Origin: Eledone cirrhosa
Lineage: Eukaryota
Direction of reading: 5' to 3'
Length of the DNA stretch: 64,000 bases
Assembly: GCA_964016885.1 (NCBI GenBank)
Contig: OZ024746.1
Span: 98,332,001 to 98,396,000, forward strand
The position numbers and the translations under genes were made by a program. The notes under the pieces are model-generated. The model saw only the letters and a list, made by a program, of their open reading frames with translations, ran no database searches and was not told the DNA's origin. Below are positions 1 to 11,444 of the stretch, one piece after another. The first letter of the stretch is position 1; each line of letters starts with the position of its first letter.

Positions 1-44
1 GAGAAAGTGAGAGAGAGAGGAAATACGAAAGAGATATAGAGGAA

Positions 45-205
45 GAATTCACCCCAGTAATAGACTGGTACTTCTTTTATCGACCTCGAAAGGATGAAAG
101 GCAAAGTTGACCTCGGCGGGATTTGAACTCAGAGATCAGAGATCCGGATTGAATACCATAAAGCATTCTACCCGACGTTCTAACGACTCTGACAATTCGT
201 TGCCT
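45..205 (-). mobile_element. tRNA-derived SINE copy (main family of this window)
   Basis: Minus strand reads CTGAGTTCAAATCCCGCCGAGGTCAACTTTGCCTTTCATCCTTTCGAGGTCGATAAAAGAAGTACCAGT: a B-box (GTTCAAATC) plus a Deu/Nin-like core. About 25 related copies lie in the window. Confidence 0.85.
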
Positions 206-458
206 ACAGAAATACAGTTACGAAAGAGTTAATCTACAAAAATATAGGTAACAGTATTATATTTTTACACAGAATTATTCTGGAAGTCGTTTATTTCCAA
301 AATGTCAAAAGTTATTTCATATATGAAACTATAATGTAATTCCAAACTTCTAGAAATACGTTTGGCAGCTGCTTTACCGGAATAACATCTATCATCCTAC
401 CACGAGAGGTTTATCTGAAACGAGCGTTAGTTGAATAAACAGTACAGTATACGTTATA

Positions 459-675
459 TAATGGTTTCTTATATAGGCACAAGGCCAGCAATTTCTGGGG
501 AGGGAAAAGTCAATTAAATCAACCCCAGTGCGTGTCTGGTACTTTACTTTCATCCGTAAGGATGAAATACAAAGTTAACCTCGACGGGATTTGAACTCAG
601 ATCATGAAGGGCCATAACTCTATGCTGCAAAGCATGGTGGCTGACGCTCTACCGATGCTGCCAATCCACTGCCCT
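459..675 (-). mobile_element. tRNA-derived SINE, near full length
   Basis: Head AGGGCAGTGGATTGGCAGCATCGGTAGAGCGTCAG, B-box, core, and tail GCTGGCCTTGTGCCTATATAAGAAACCATTAT. Confidence 0.85.
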
Positions 676-806
676 GTGTATTTGTTATATACTAAAGTAG
701 CGAAATAACAGAATAGTTAGAACATCTGATAGAATCTTTTGTGGTCTTCATTCCGGCTCTCTCAGTTATGAGAGTTCAAATTCCACCGAGTTTTCTCTCT
801 CTCTAT

Positions 807-876
<70 letters not shown>

Positions 877-911
877 CTCCCTTTCTATCTCTCTCTCTGT
901 CTATCTATCTC

Positions 912-950
<39 letters not shown>

Positions 951-955
951 ATCTA

Positions 956-1033
<78 letters not shown>

Positions 1034-1124
1034 CCCTTTCTCTTTCTATCTCTCTATCTATCTATCTATCTATCTATCTCTATATATACATATATATACA
1101 AATTCTAGTACAGCATTAACGAAG

Positions 1125-1195
<71 letters not shown>

Positions 1196-1224
1196 AAAGA
1201 ATAGAGGTGTAACACACAAGATAT

Positions 1225-1902
1225 TATATATTGGTAAACGGAATAGAAAATGCTGACAAATTGTTCACAGTTGAAAAATGGTTTAATTAGGAATAAAAGA
1301 GTATTAGTGATTGTATGGGTTAGTATTCAGTTGTGGTTTTAAGTTTTTAAGTTTTTACCGGTTGCGCATTTCTAAATGCTTTTCAAAATAATTTTGAGAT
1401 AGAGTGTCCGTGCTGTTTGCTCTGATCTGATTAGTTTTGGGAATTCTACCTGTTTTTATGTTGAAAAATCGGAAAATCTAATATATGTATTAACTTGTTC
1501 AGGTTGTCGAGAACAATACATAGGCCAGACCAAAAACAGCCTCCGCCAACGCATGACTGTCCATAGATCCCAAATCAAAATACGGGAATACAGGAAAATA
1601 CCACTGAGTGAACACATTGATACCTGTGCCGCCCAAAATCATCCCAACTTCAGAATCTTTCCCCTCTACAAATTTAAAGATAATGCCACCCACACCCAGC
1701 GCATCAGCAAGGAATCTTACTTCATTAACAAATACGGACCCCGTCTAAACACTTCTCCCTAAGACGAACCCACAACATACACACGTCAACATACATACCT
1801 ACATCAGCACACATCTCTACCCACATATAAACACAATGACATACGTAAACACACATGGTCTATGGTGCAACACAAAAAAATATATGTGCATATATATATG
1901 TA

Positions 1903-1964
<62 letters not shown>

Positions 1965-2178
1965 ATATATGTATGTGTATATATATATAGTGAATATCAT
2001 TTCACACCTTTTTTTGTTAAGATTTTTGATGTTCTATTAAGAGAACCGATTTTACTGAAAAAATCGAATAATGTACACCATTTTACCAGGGGGGAAAAAA
2101 TACTGGTCCACCTACACACACACACACACATATATACACACACACATACACACGCGTACATCAACATACAAAGAGACT

Positions 2179-2217
<39 letters not shown>

Positions 2218-2327
2218 TTCTCCGCATAAGACAAAAGCTGAAAAATATCTTTTGACATGCTAAAATACCCCCCATTGCTTTCAGACACATTCTTACTGAC
2301 CATCCCTGCCACTACGAATTACTCTGC

Positions 2328-2364
<37 letters not shown>

Positions 2365-2433
2365 ATCTTAATAGCCATTTGACACACATCGCTGCTAACC
2401 ATTATCACAACATCGAACACCTTACTACTACTA

Positions 2434-2485
<52 letters not shown>

Positions 2486-2944
2486 TTGTTGTGAAAGAGT
2501 CATTTCTCAATCTTGGCGCAAAACCAATTTTTTATTCACATGACCTCTACCGACCAATCAAAATTGTTTTGACCACAAGAATTTTTGCTGGAGCCACTTT
2601 TTTAACATAAAAACAGTCTTGGCGCAAAATCAATTTTTTACATTCACATGACCTCTACCGACCAATCAAAATTGTTTTGACCACAAGAATTTTTGCAAAT
2701 TGGAGCCACTTTTTCAACATAAAAACAGGTAGAATTCCCAAAACTAATCAGATCAGAGCAAACAGCACGGACACTCTATCTCAAAATTATTTTTGAAAAG
2801 CATTTAGAAATGCGCAACCGGTAAAAACTTAAAAACTTAAAACCACAACTGAATACTAACCCATACAATCACTAATACTCTTTTATTCCTAATTAAACCA
2901 TTTTTCAACTGTGAACAATTTGTCAGCATTTTCTATTCCGTTTA

Positions 2945-2953
<9 letters not shown>
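1225..2953 (+). mobile_element. 5'-truncated Penelope-like element (Neptune-type GIY-YIG C-terminus) with an inverted copy of its 3' end
   Basis: About 1472-1762 encodes ENLIYVLTCSGCREQYIGQTKNSLRQRMTVHRSQI...LSEHIDTC...ESYFINKY (GIY-YIG endonuclease). 1225-1467 is the reverse complement of 2710-2953. Confidence 0.85.
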
Positions 2954-3017
<64 letters not shown>

Positions 3018-3249
3018 AAAAGAAAAAGAAATCAGACATGGAAGGAAATGGACTGTGCCAGGTACAAATATTCTAGTTACACCGTTTATCACTATGGGGA
3101 CCTTTATAACTCCATCAGAACTTCATAGTGTCTACGGCATGGCATGGCTTTTCATGTTACCATAAAATAAAGTTATACAACTCCATGTTATTAGCCTCGA
3201 CAAATTACATCCGTTCTGCTGTTCGTACGTATATGCCTATATATATATA

Positions 3250-3360
<111 letters not shown>

Positions 3361-4134
3361 CCAGGGAGTGTAACATGAAGTTACTGTAGGTTCACCCAGG
3401 TGAACACTCTATGTTTCGGTTCACATCAGTGGCGAGGTGTGGAGCTAAACAGGGTGTAATATAATAATACAGGGGCGATTGGTTATGCCTTCATTACGTT
3501 TATTGATTGGTGACGCGTGTTTCGCTATTGATCAGCTCAAGGTTTGATCTGAATCGATCTGGCCCGACTCTGCAATCAAAAGCTCGTCGCACCTCTGCTG
3601 TAGTATATATAATGTGGCAATAAGAATTGCAGCTTTTTCATTAGAAATACAGTTACGAAAGAATTAATCCACGAAAAATATAGGTAAAAGTATTGCATTT
3701 TTACACACCGTTATTCTGGAAGTAGTGTAATTCGCGGCGTCGAAGACGCTACTTTTTTCCAAGAATAATTCTCAAAACTCTACCATGCGTCCTGGAGGCT
3801 GAAGGTTGTTCATTATTTTTTTTTTTTTTTTTTGGTTGTCAAAACTTCGGCGCCGGAAAATACGGTAGTTTATTTTCAAAATGTCCAATTCTTATTGTCA
3901 CTTTAATACACTCTCCGCCTTAAACCTGGGGTTCGACCCAACGAGAGACGGATACAGTTACTAGCGTCGCCGCTAGTAACTATACAAGTTACCCACCTAA
4001 TAACATATATGTATATATAGTTGAAAATGAACAAACAAAACACAGGAGGCAGTTTTACAGAGTTATATTAGATTCACGCTTGGTGGAAGTGGAGGAGGTT
4101 TCGATGTCTCTGGAATTACAACCAACACATACGC

Positions 4135-4172
<38 letters not shown>

Positions 4173-4354
4173 AGGATGAATATAAAAAGAAAGTGCTTTT
4201 GTTAAAAAAGGAATTTATTAGGTATTGACATATGTTTCTGTAACAGACCGAATACCTATGTATCGCTGCTTGCGTAATCATATAATGTTAGCAAGTATTC
4301 GATAGCAAATGTATAATCAGTTGTCACTTCTTCAGGATAAACTGAGTTTATCCA

Positions 4355-4473
4355 AAATCTCTGAAGAAGTGACAACTGATTATACATTTGCTATCGAATA
4401 CTTGCTAACATTATATGATTACGCAAGCAGCGATACATAGGTATTCGGTCTGTTACAGAAACATATGTCAATA
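4355..4473 (+). ncRNA. hammerhead ribozyme motif with long stem II (mirror copy on minus strand, about 4224-4340)
   Basis: CTGAAGA at 4361; GTGACAACTGA...TCGGTCTGTTAC stem II; GAAA at 4458; palindromic stem III ACATATGT; GUC triplet. Stem I is imperfect. Confidence 0.65.
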
Positions 4474-4954
4474 CCTAATAAATTCCTTTTTTAACAAAAG
4501 CACTTTCTTTTTATATTCATCCTTTCTACATTTCTCCGGAATATAATTTATACTCGTTGAGCAAACCTGCACGTACGCTGTTCATCTCTAACGTAACGAT
4601 ATATTATCACTACATTATTGATAACCTGAAATTTTATATATATATATATCATATATATATATAGTTAAAAAGTGAATGTGAAAATGCACACAAATGTATT
4701 TAAAGATTATTTTTTCTTTAATCCGACATAATGAATAATTTTATAATTGTTATATTAAATATAACTGGTTTCTATTGGTATAACAATATTATCAAATATT
4801 AGATATTAAATATTAAATATTTCAAAACGTGATTTTTCATGTATTCACTGAATACATGAAAACACATTTTTTAAAATATTTATCAAATATATATTTGAAC
4901 TGCTCACAGAATATATGAAAGCACATTTTTTAAAATATCTAATATTTAATGTCT

Positions 4955-4998
4955 AATATTTGATAAGATTGTTATACAAATCGAAACTAGCTATATTT
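4955..4998 (+). ncRNA. hammerhead-like motif, U3-A8 core variant (diverged inverted copy about 4757-4800)
   Basis: AATAT-TTGATAA-GATTGTtatACAaATC-GAAA-CTAGcT-ATATT, with stem I AATAT/ATATT. Confidence 0.5.
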
Positions 4999-5383
4999 AA
5001 TGAAAAGATAATCTTTACATATACTTGTGTGCATTTTCACATTCACTTTTTAACTATAACCTTTGTTTTTATAGAACTTTACCCTTCTTTTTTCAACTAT
5101 ATATATATATATATATATGTATATAACATAAGAAACGGAGAATCAGTTTGTATGTATGTATGTATATATATAGGTATGTATGTATGTAAAAGGTAAACAG
5201 AAATAACAACATAATCGGTACAGTATATGGAAGGTATATATATATATATATATATATACTTTCCTTTTATTTTTAAATACAGTTTATCAAGTAACCACAC
5301 AGCTCCCTGTTCCTTCCATATATATATATATATATACCTTCCATATACTCTATCGATTGCGTGTGGTATTTCTGTTTACCATT

Positions 5384-5454
<71 letters not shown>

Positions 5455-5840
5455 GTATATGTATGTATGTAAAAGGTAAACAGAAATACCACACACAATC
5501 GGTGTATGGAAGGAATATATATGGGAGAAACAGGGAGTTGTGTGGTTAATTGATAAACTGTATTTAAAAATAAAAGGAAAGCACAGACGGGGGACAGTCC
5601 CTTCTTCAGTTGTCTGCTGGAAATCACGGACATTTCAACGCATTAAAGACAATATCTCTAACTCCAGTGCGTCAATAACTTCTGGAAGTTATTGGGGGAA
5701 AACTGAGAGAAAGAAAAAAATTTAAACAGAAGGGAAAAAAGGAAAACATACCGAAGAAGGGCGGACACGAGGAGAACACATGTATGTGTATATATATATA
5801 TATAAAGAAGAAATTAAAATATGGTTTAAAAAGTTCCATA

Positions 5841-5910
5841 TATTTTATTATGCGCATTTCGAAAACAACATCATCCTGGGACAAAAATTGTGTTCTCATC
5901 AGATAAAATA
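5841..5910 (-). ncRNA. type I hammerhead ribozyme
   Basis: Reverse complement: TATTTTAT-CTGATGA-GAACACAA...TTGTTTTC-GAAA-TGCGCA-TA-ATAAAATA. 8-bp stem I, palindromic stem III ATGCGCAT, AUA triplet. Confidence 0.8.
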
Positions 5911-5992
5911 AGGTAACATGATATGAGGCCTAAAAACACTTGTGAACAAGAAAGTGTACAGTCAACATATGACAAAAATATAAGAGAAGAGA

Positions 5993-6100
<108 letters not shown>

Positions 6101-6123
6101 TACATATATATATACATATATAT

Positions 6124-6218
<95 letters not shown>

Positions 6219-6271
6219 TAAAAAAATAATGAATAAAACAATGAAACAGTTCCTCATATTAAACAAAAAAA

Positions 6272-6428
6272 GTTCATTATTTAACGATCGTTTCTAGGAC
6301 ATATATGTGTTAGAATTGGCATGCATATTCAACAGATCTATGTACAAAATTATACAAAATTATACAAACTATCAAATTTAATATACATACCAACACATAT
6401 ATATATGCCGTCTTCAGAAATAATGAAA
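6272..6428 (-). ncRNA. type I hammerhead ribozyme with about 110-nt stem II
   Basis: Reverse complement: TTCATTATTT-CTGAAGA-cGGCATATAT..ATGTGTTGG...CTAACACATATATGTCcta-GAAA-CGATCG-TT-AAATAATGAA. 10-bp stem I, palindromic stem III, GUU triplet. Confidence 0.8.
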
Positions 6429-6769
6429 TATATTTATTGATAATAACAACAATTCAAAATTACAGGTCTGTTTGGGAACAGAGTTCAAATTGACCAATGA
6501 AATACACAAAAAATATATCTAGAAAATACAGTTAGGTGTGTGTAAGTAACTTCGTTCACAGATATGCATAAAAATATATGTTCACATGCATACGCATGTC
6601 GAAAAAATGTATGTAAATACAAAAATTCAGGGCTAATGTCTGTGTATGTTTATAATCTACAGATAAAATACACACACGTATATAAACATATATACATTCA
6701 TATATACACACATAAACATACATTCACACACACACGCGCATATACGCATAAACATACACATAACCACGA

Positions 6770-6813
<44 letters not shown>

Positions 6814-7056
6814 GTGTATATATTATTATCATAAGCATATGGACATTAAGGCGCGCACATAAGCACTGCCACATATATTTAGATCCAGATACAGAAAGTA
6901 GGTGGGGGGGTCAGTATTTACGGGTGTCAGACAAACTGCCTATTTAAAAATGTATCTATAAATTTAGAAATAAAAAGAAGAATATTAAAAAAATATATAT
7001 ATATAAAAACAAGTAAAATATAAAATACACATCGATATATATATATATATATACAT

Positions 7057-7093
<37 letters not shown>

Positions 7094-7208
7094 ACTATAT
7101 ATACATATATATACACACACATATATATAGAGACACATACATATACACATATAAATACATAGACACATATACATACACACATATATATACATATACATAA
7201 TTCACAAT

Positions 7209-7249
<41 letters not shown>

Positions 7250-7320
7250 TGTACATACACATATACACATACATACCCATATCTATATATATATATACAC
7301 ACACATACACACACACATAT

Positions 7321-7405
<85 letters not shown>

Positions 7406-7555
7406 TACATACATACACATACATATACACACACACACATACGCATACATATACGCATATATACACACACACACACATCCATGTATGCATATACACATAC
7501 AACTACACGCTCACACAACTCAGACATACATAGATAAAGAGATATACATACACAC

Positions 7556-7612
<57 letters not shown>

Positions 7613-7778
7613 TATATATACACACATAAATACATATACACACACACACACGCATATACATACACATATATACATACATATATATACACACATATATATA
7701 TATATACATATACATATATACATATATATAAAATAAAGAAACAAATAAATAAATACACACAGTCAGACAATTATGCAC

Positions 7779-7829
<51 letters not shown>

Positions 7830-7841
7830 CACACATCAACT

Positions 7842-7879
<38 letters not shown>

Positions 7880-8002
7880 TCACATATACACGCACACATA
7901 CGCATATATATATACACACACACATACACATAGACATATATATATATACATATACATACACACATACATACATACACATATATATACATACATACATATA
8001 TA

Positions 8003-8043
<41 letters not shown>

Positions 8044-8219
8044 ATCATACACCCTTATTTACATGCGCACATATATATTTTTATACTCACATACAAGCAC
8101 CCAAACATACATATCTACCTACATATACATACGTACATCCACGCTTACAAATACAAATAATTATAGGGGGGGAAGGGGATTATAGTAAAAATAGGTTTCA
8201 AGGAACATAGAATATTAAA

Positions 8220-8718
8220 TAGCATCTAGATCATAATATATGTTTACATAGTAGTTTGAGTATTAGGAAATGTAAGAAAGAAAGCAAAATAATGCATTTT
8301 AATATGAGTAGACTATTAATAATAGGTTAACTAAATTAAAAATAGTTAATATATTGATTTCTAAGGTGTATACTACTTAGGTTTATAGTCTTTGAAGCGG
8401 AATTTTGAAGTTAAACAGTAGTAGAGTATTAATTATAGCATAACTAAATTAAAAATATTAACATTATGGTATCAATATTAGGAAATTAATTTAGTAATAG
8501 GGAAAAAAACCAAATCAAGTATTTCATCGGTAGTAGAATATAAATTCTAGGTTAACTAAATTAAAAATTATATATTAATTTCTATAGTATATGTTAATTA
8601 GGTTTATAATAATTAAAACAGATTTTGTATTTTATCTATAGTAAAATATAATTATAGGTTAACAAAAATAATTAAAAAAATATAATAAAAATTAATATAT
8701 ATATATATATATATATAC

Positions 8719-8791
<73 letters not shown>

Positions 8792-9320
8792 ATTGTAAAG
8801 AATATATTAATTAGGTATATATTTAAAATTTTTCTCAGTTTATCATTACATGATATTCTGCAATCCATCTGTATTAGAATTTTAATTTTAAGCTAATTAA
8901 AATAAAATTTTAGGTTAACTAAATTAAAATTAAATTATAAATATATTTCTAAATTGTACATTAATTAGGTTTATAATATTAAAAAATATTTCTCTGTCAT
9001 TGATTACACGCTATTTTGTTATATTTCATCTGTAAAGGAATTTTAATAAAAGGTTAAATAAACTAAAATTAATCTATAAATTAATTTACAAAGTATATAT
9101 TAATTATGTTAATAATATTTAAAAGTCTTTCACAATTTATGATTACATAATATTTTATAATCTCAACTGTAGTAGAATTTTAATTAAATAAAATTTATAG
9201 GTTAACTAACATTTAAATTAAATTATATATTAATTTCTAAAATTATATTATTAATTAGGTTTATAATATTTAAATGTTTTTCTTAGTTTATGATTACACG
9301 ATATAATTAATTCCTGTCGC
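8220..9320. repeat. degenerate AT-rich tandem repeat, unit about 140-155 bp
   Basis: TTAATTAGGTTTATAAT-like anchors at about 8594, 8807, 8961, 9100 and 9251; TAGGTTAACTAAATTAAA-like anchors at about 8323, 8548, 8655, 8911, 9050 and 9198. Confidence 0.7.
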
Positions 9321-10009
9321 TTATTTAATAGGATATCCTTAGATTTCATTATTTCAAATAGTTCTTGGGAACATAATCTACATTCATTTCTATTATTTTG
9401 ATAAGGGGTGGCTCTTTTGAGCACACTCCAGGTCATATCATATTCAATATTCTTATTTTTATAACTATTGATTTTTTCTGCTAGAGATGTTGTATTAGCT
9501 AGTGCGGCATTTTTAAAACTATGTTTGTGGGTATTAAACCTTACCTTAAAATTGTTAGAAGTAGCTCCTATATATGAGCAAATAGAATCTTTAGTTTTAA
9601 CATTACATTTATAAACTATGTTGTTAACAAGACAATTTCCTTTTAATGGGCAGTTTGCTTTGTTTCTACAGTTACAACCTTTCGTTAATTCTGTATTTGA
9701 GGAGATATTATGGTTAGTTTGATGTATTGGTGGTATACTTATGGTATTCTTACATTTATATGCATTATAGGCACTTATATTTTGTTTTATGTTTTTGGTT
9801 GTTGAGTATGAGAATTTAACTGTTGACCTATTTAAGATTTGATGGTATTTGTGGTTTGGCGGGAAGTTTTTCTCTAGGATATTAAAAAAATTTTTAGCAA
9901 TATTATCCTTAATTTGTAAATTAAATGGAGCATTATACCAAGTAATTCGTCTATTACGGTTTCTTGTTTTTACGGTTTTTTGTTTAATATAAGGAACTGT
10001 TTCATTGTT
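9251..10009 (-). mobile_element. Penelope-like element ORF C-terminus (Naiad-like linker plus GIY-YIG endonuclease)
   Basis: Hand translation gives a stop-free frame of about 250 aa, only partly caught by the ORF track: RRITWYNAPF...ILEKNFPPNHKYHQILNRSTVKFSYS...GCNCRNKANCPLKGNCLVNNIVYKC...YIGATSNNFKVRFNTHKHSF...CRLCSQE...LLNKRQELIISCNH. Confidence 0.85.
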
Positions 10010-10117
10010 TTATTCATTATTTTTTTAATATTTTATCTCTTCTTTCCATGATATCCGGATTACATTGAGTTCTTCATACGGATTGGACACTACCGTAAAC
10101 TCTTGGTAGATTTATCT

Positions 10118-10203
<86 letters not shown>

Positions 10204-11444
10204 TGCCACCGATAGATAGTATTAGCAATTGGAAAGACCAATGGAAACATTGTTTCCTCGGTCCGATTTGACGAAAGTCGATCACTATTTGGCGCCAACT
10301 TGGAGTACACGACTTCGACACCTCTTGAAAAAATATTATTAAATATCCACTTTGCGTTATAATGCATGTGGTTTTTAATTTTTCTCTTTATCAGAAATAC
10401 GCGACTTGTCTTACGCGAATTTGCCTTACGCGCCCCGTTCATCAAACCTAAAAGGTGAACAAACTCTGCGCGTGTGTGTGTGTGTGTGTAGATAAATATA
10501 CAAGGATGGAAAGAGCGTGAAAGGGGTAGTGTTAATAGCACTGTTTAATGTCCATTTCTTATAAAGAAACTTAAATGTCCATGGTTGTGAGAGGGTTAAT
10601 ACCAGAGCGATTAGTGTTATAGTTGTTACCTTGTACGTGATTCAGATATTTGGCAGTATAAAAACCATGAGATGTTTAATGACTTGTGCTACAACTACGA
10701 GTTAATCCCAGCATCATAAATCTTGGATCACCTGAAGTTTCATTCATGTTATGGAGAATTGGATGAGCTACTGTTCTCTCTTTAAGGGCGTTGGATGAAA
10801 TATATTTCCGTATTTTTCCAGCTCATTGTGCACTGAGTTCAAATCTCACCGAGGTCGACTTTGCCGTTCAATCTTTCGAGGTCGATAAATAAAGTGCCAA
10901 TCAAGTACTGGAGTTGATTCTTCCTCTCGCTCTCCCTATCTATCTTTCTTTCTTTCTCTGGAAGGGAGGAAGGAAGGAAGGAAGGAAGGAAGGAAGGAAG
11001 GAAGGAAGGAAGGAAGGAAGGAAGGAAAGAGAGCTGCCCCAACACTGAGCTGGTAGTTTATTTATTGACACCTGAAAGGATAAAATACAAAGTGGACTTT
11101 ATCAGGATTTAAACTCAGAACGCTAAGACCTAGTACAAATAATCAATGATGTAATGACTCTGAAAAATCGTAGGCCTTACTGAAGGGAAATACTTCTTTG
11201 CAAATAAATATGGCTTTGTGCCAAATGAGAATTTAAATAATCGTAGCGTGATGAATAAACTAGAAGTGAATAAACTTATAATCTCCATAAAGTACCTGTC
11301 CTAGACTGTGATATTAAGGAGGAGAATTTCCCTCTCTATTTATTTAGCTTTCTCTCTATTTCTACCTTTAAATCCTACTTATACTCTCTCCTTTTCCTTC
11401 TCTCTTTCTGTTCATTTAACTATATATCTATCTATCTGTCTATC

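Noticed and set aside
1245-1292. CTGACAA...GAAA motif in the Penelope terminal repeat
   Set aside because: C3-A8 mismatch, no proper stem I or III, and antisense to the ORF in the 3' copy.
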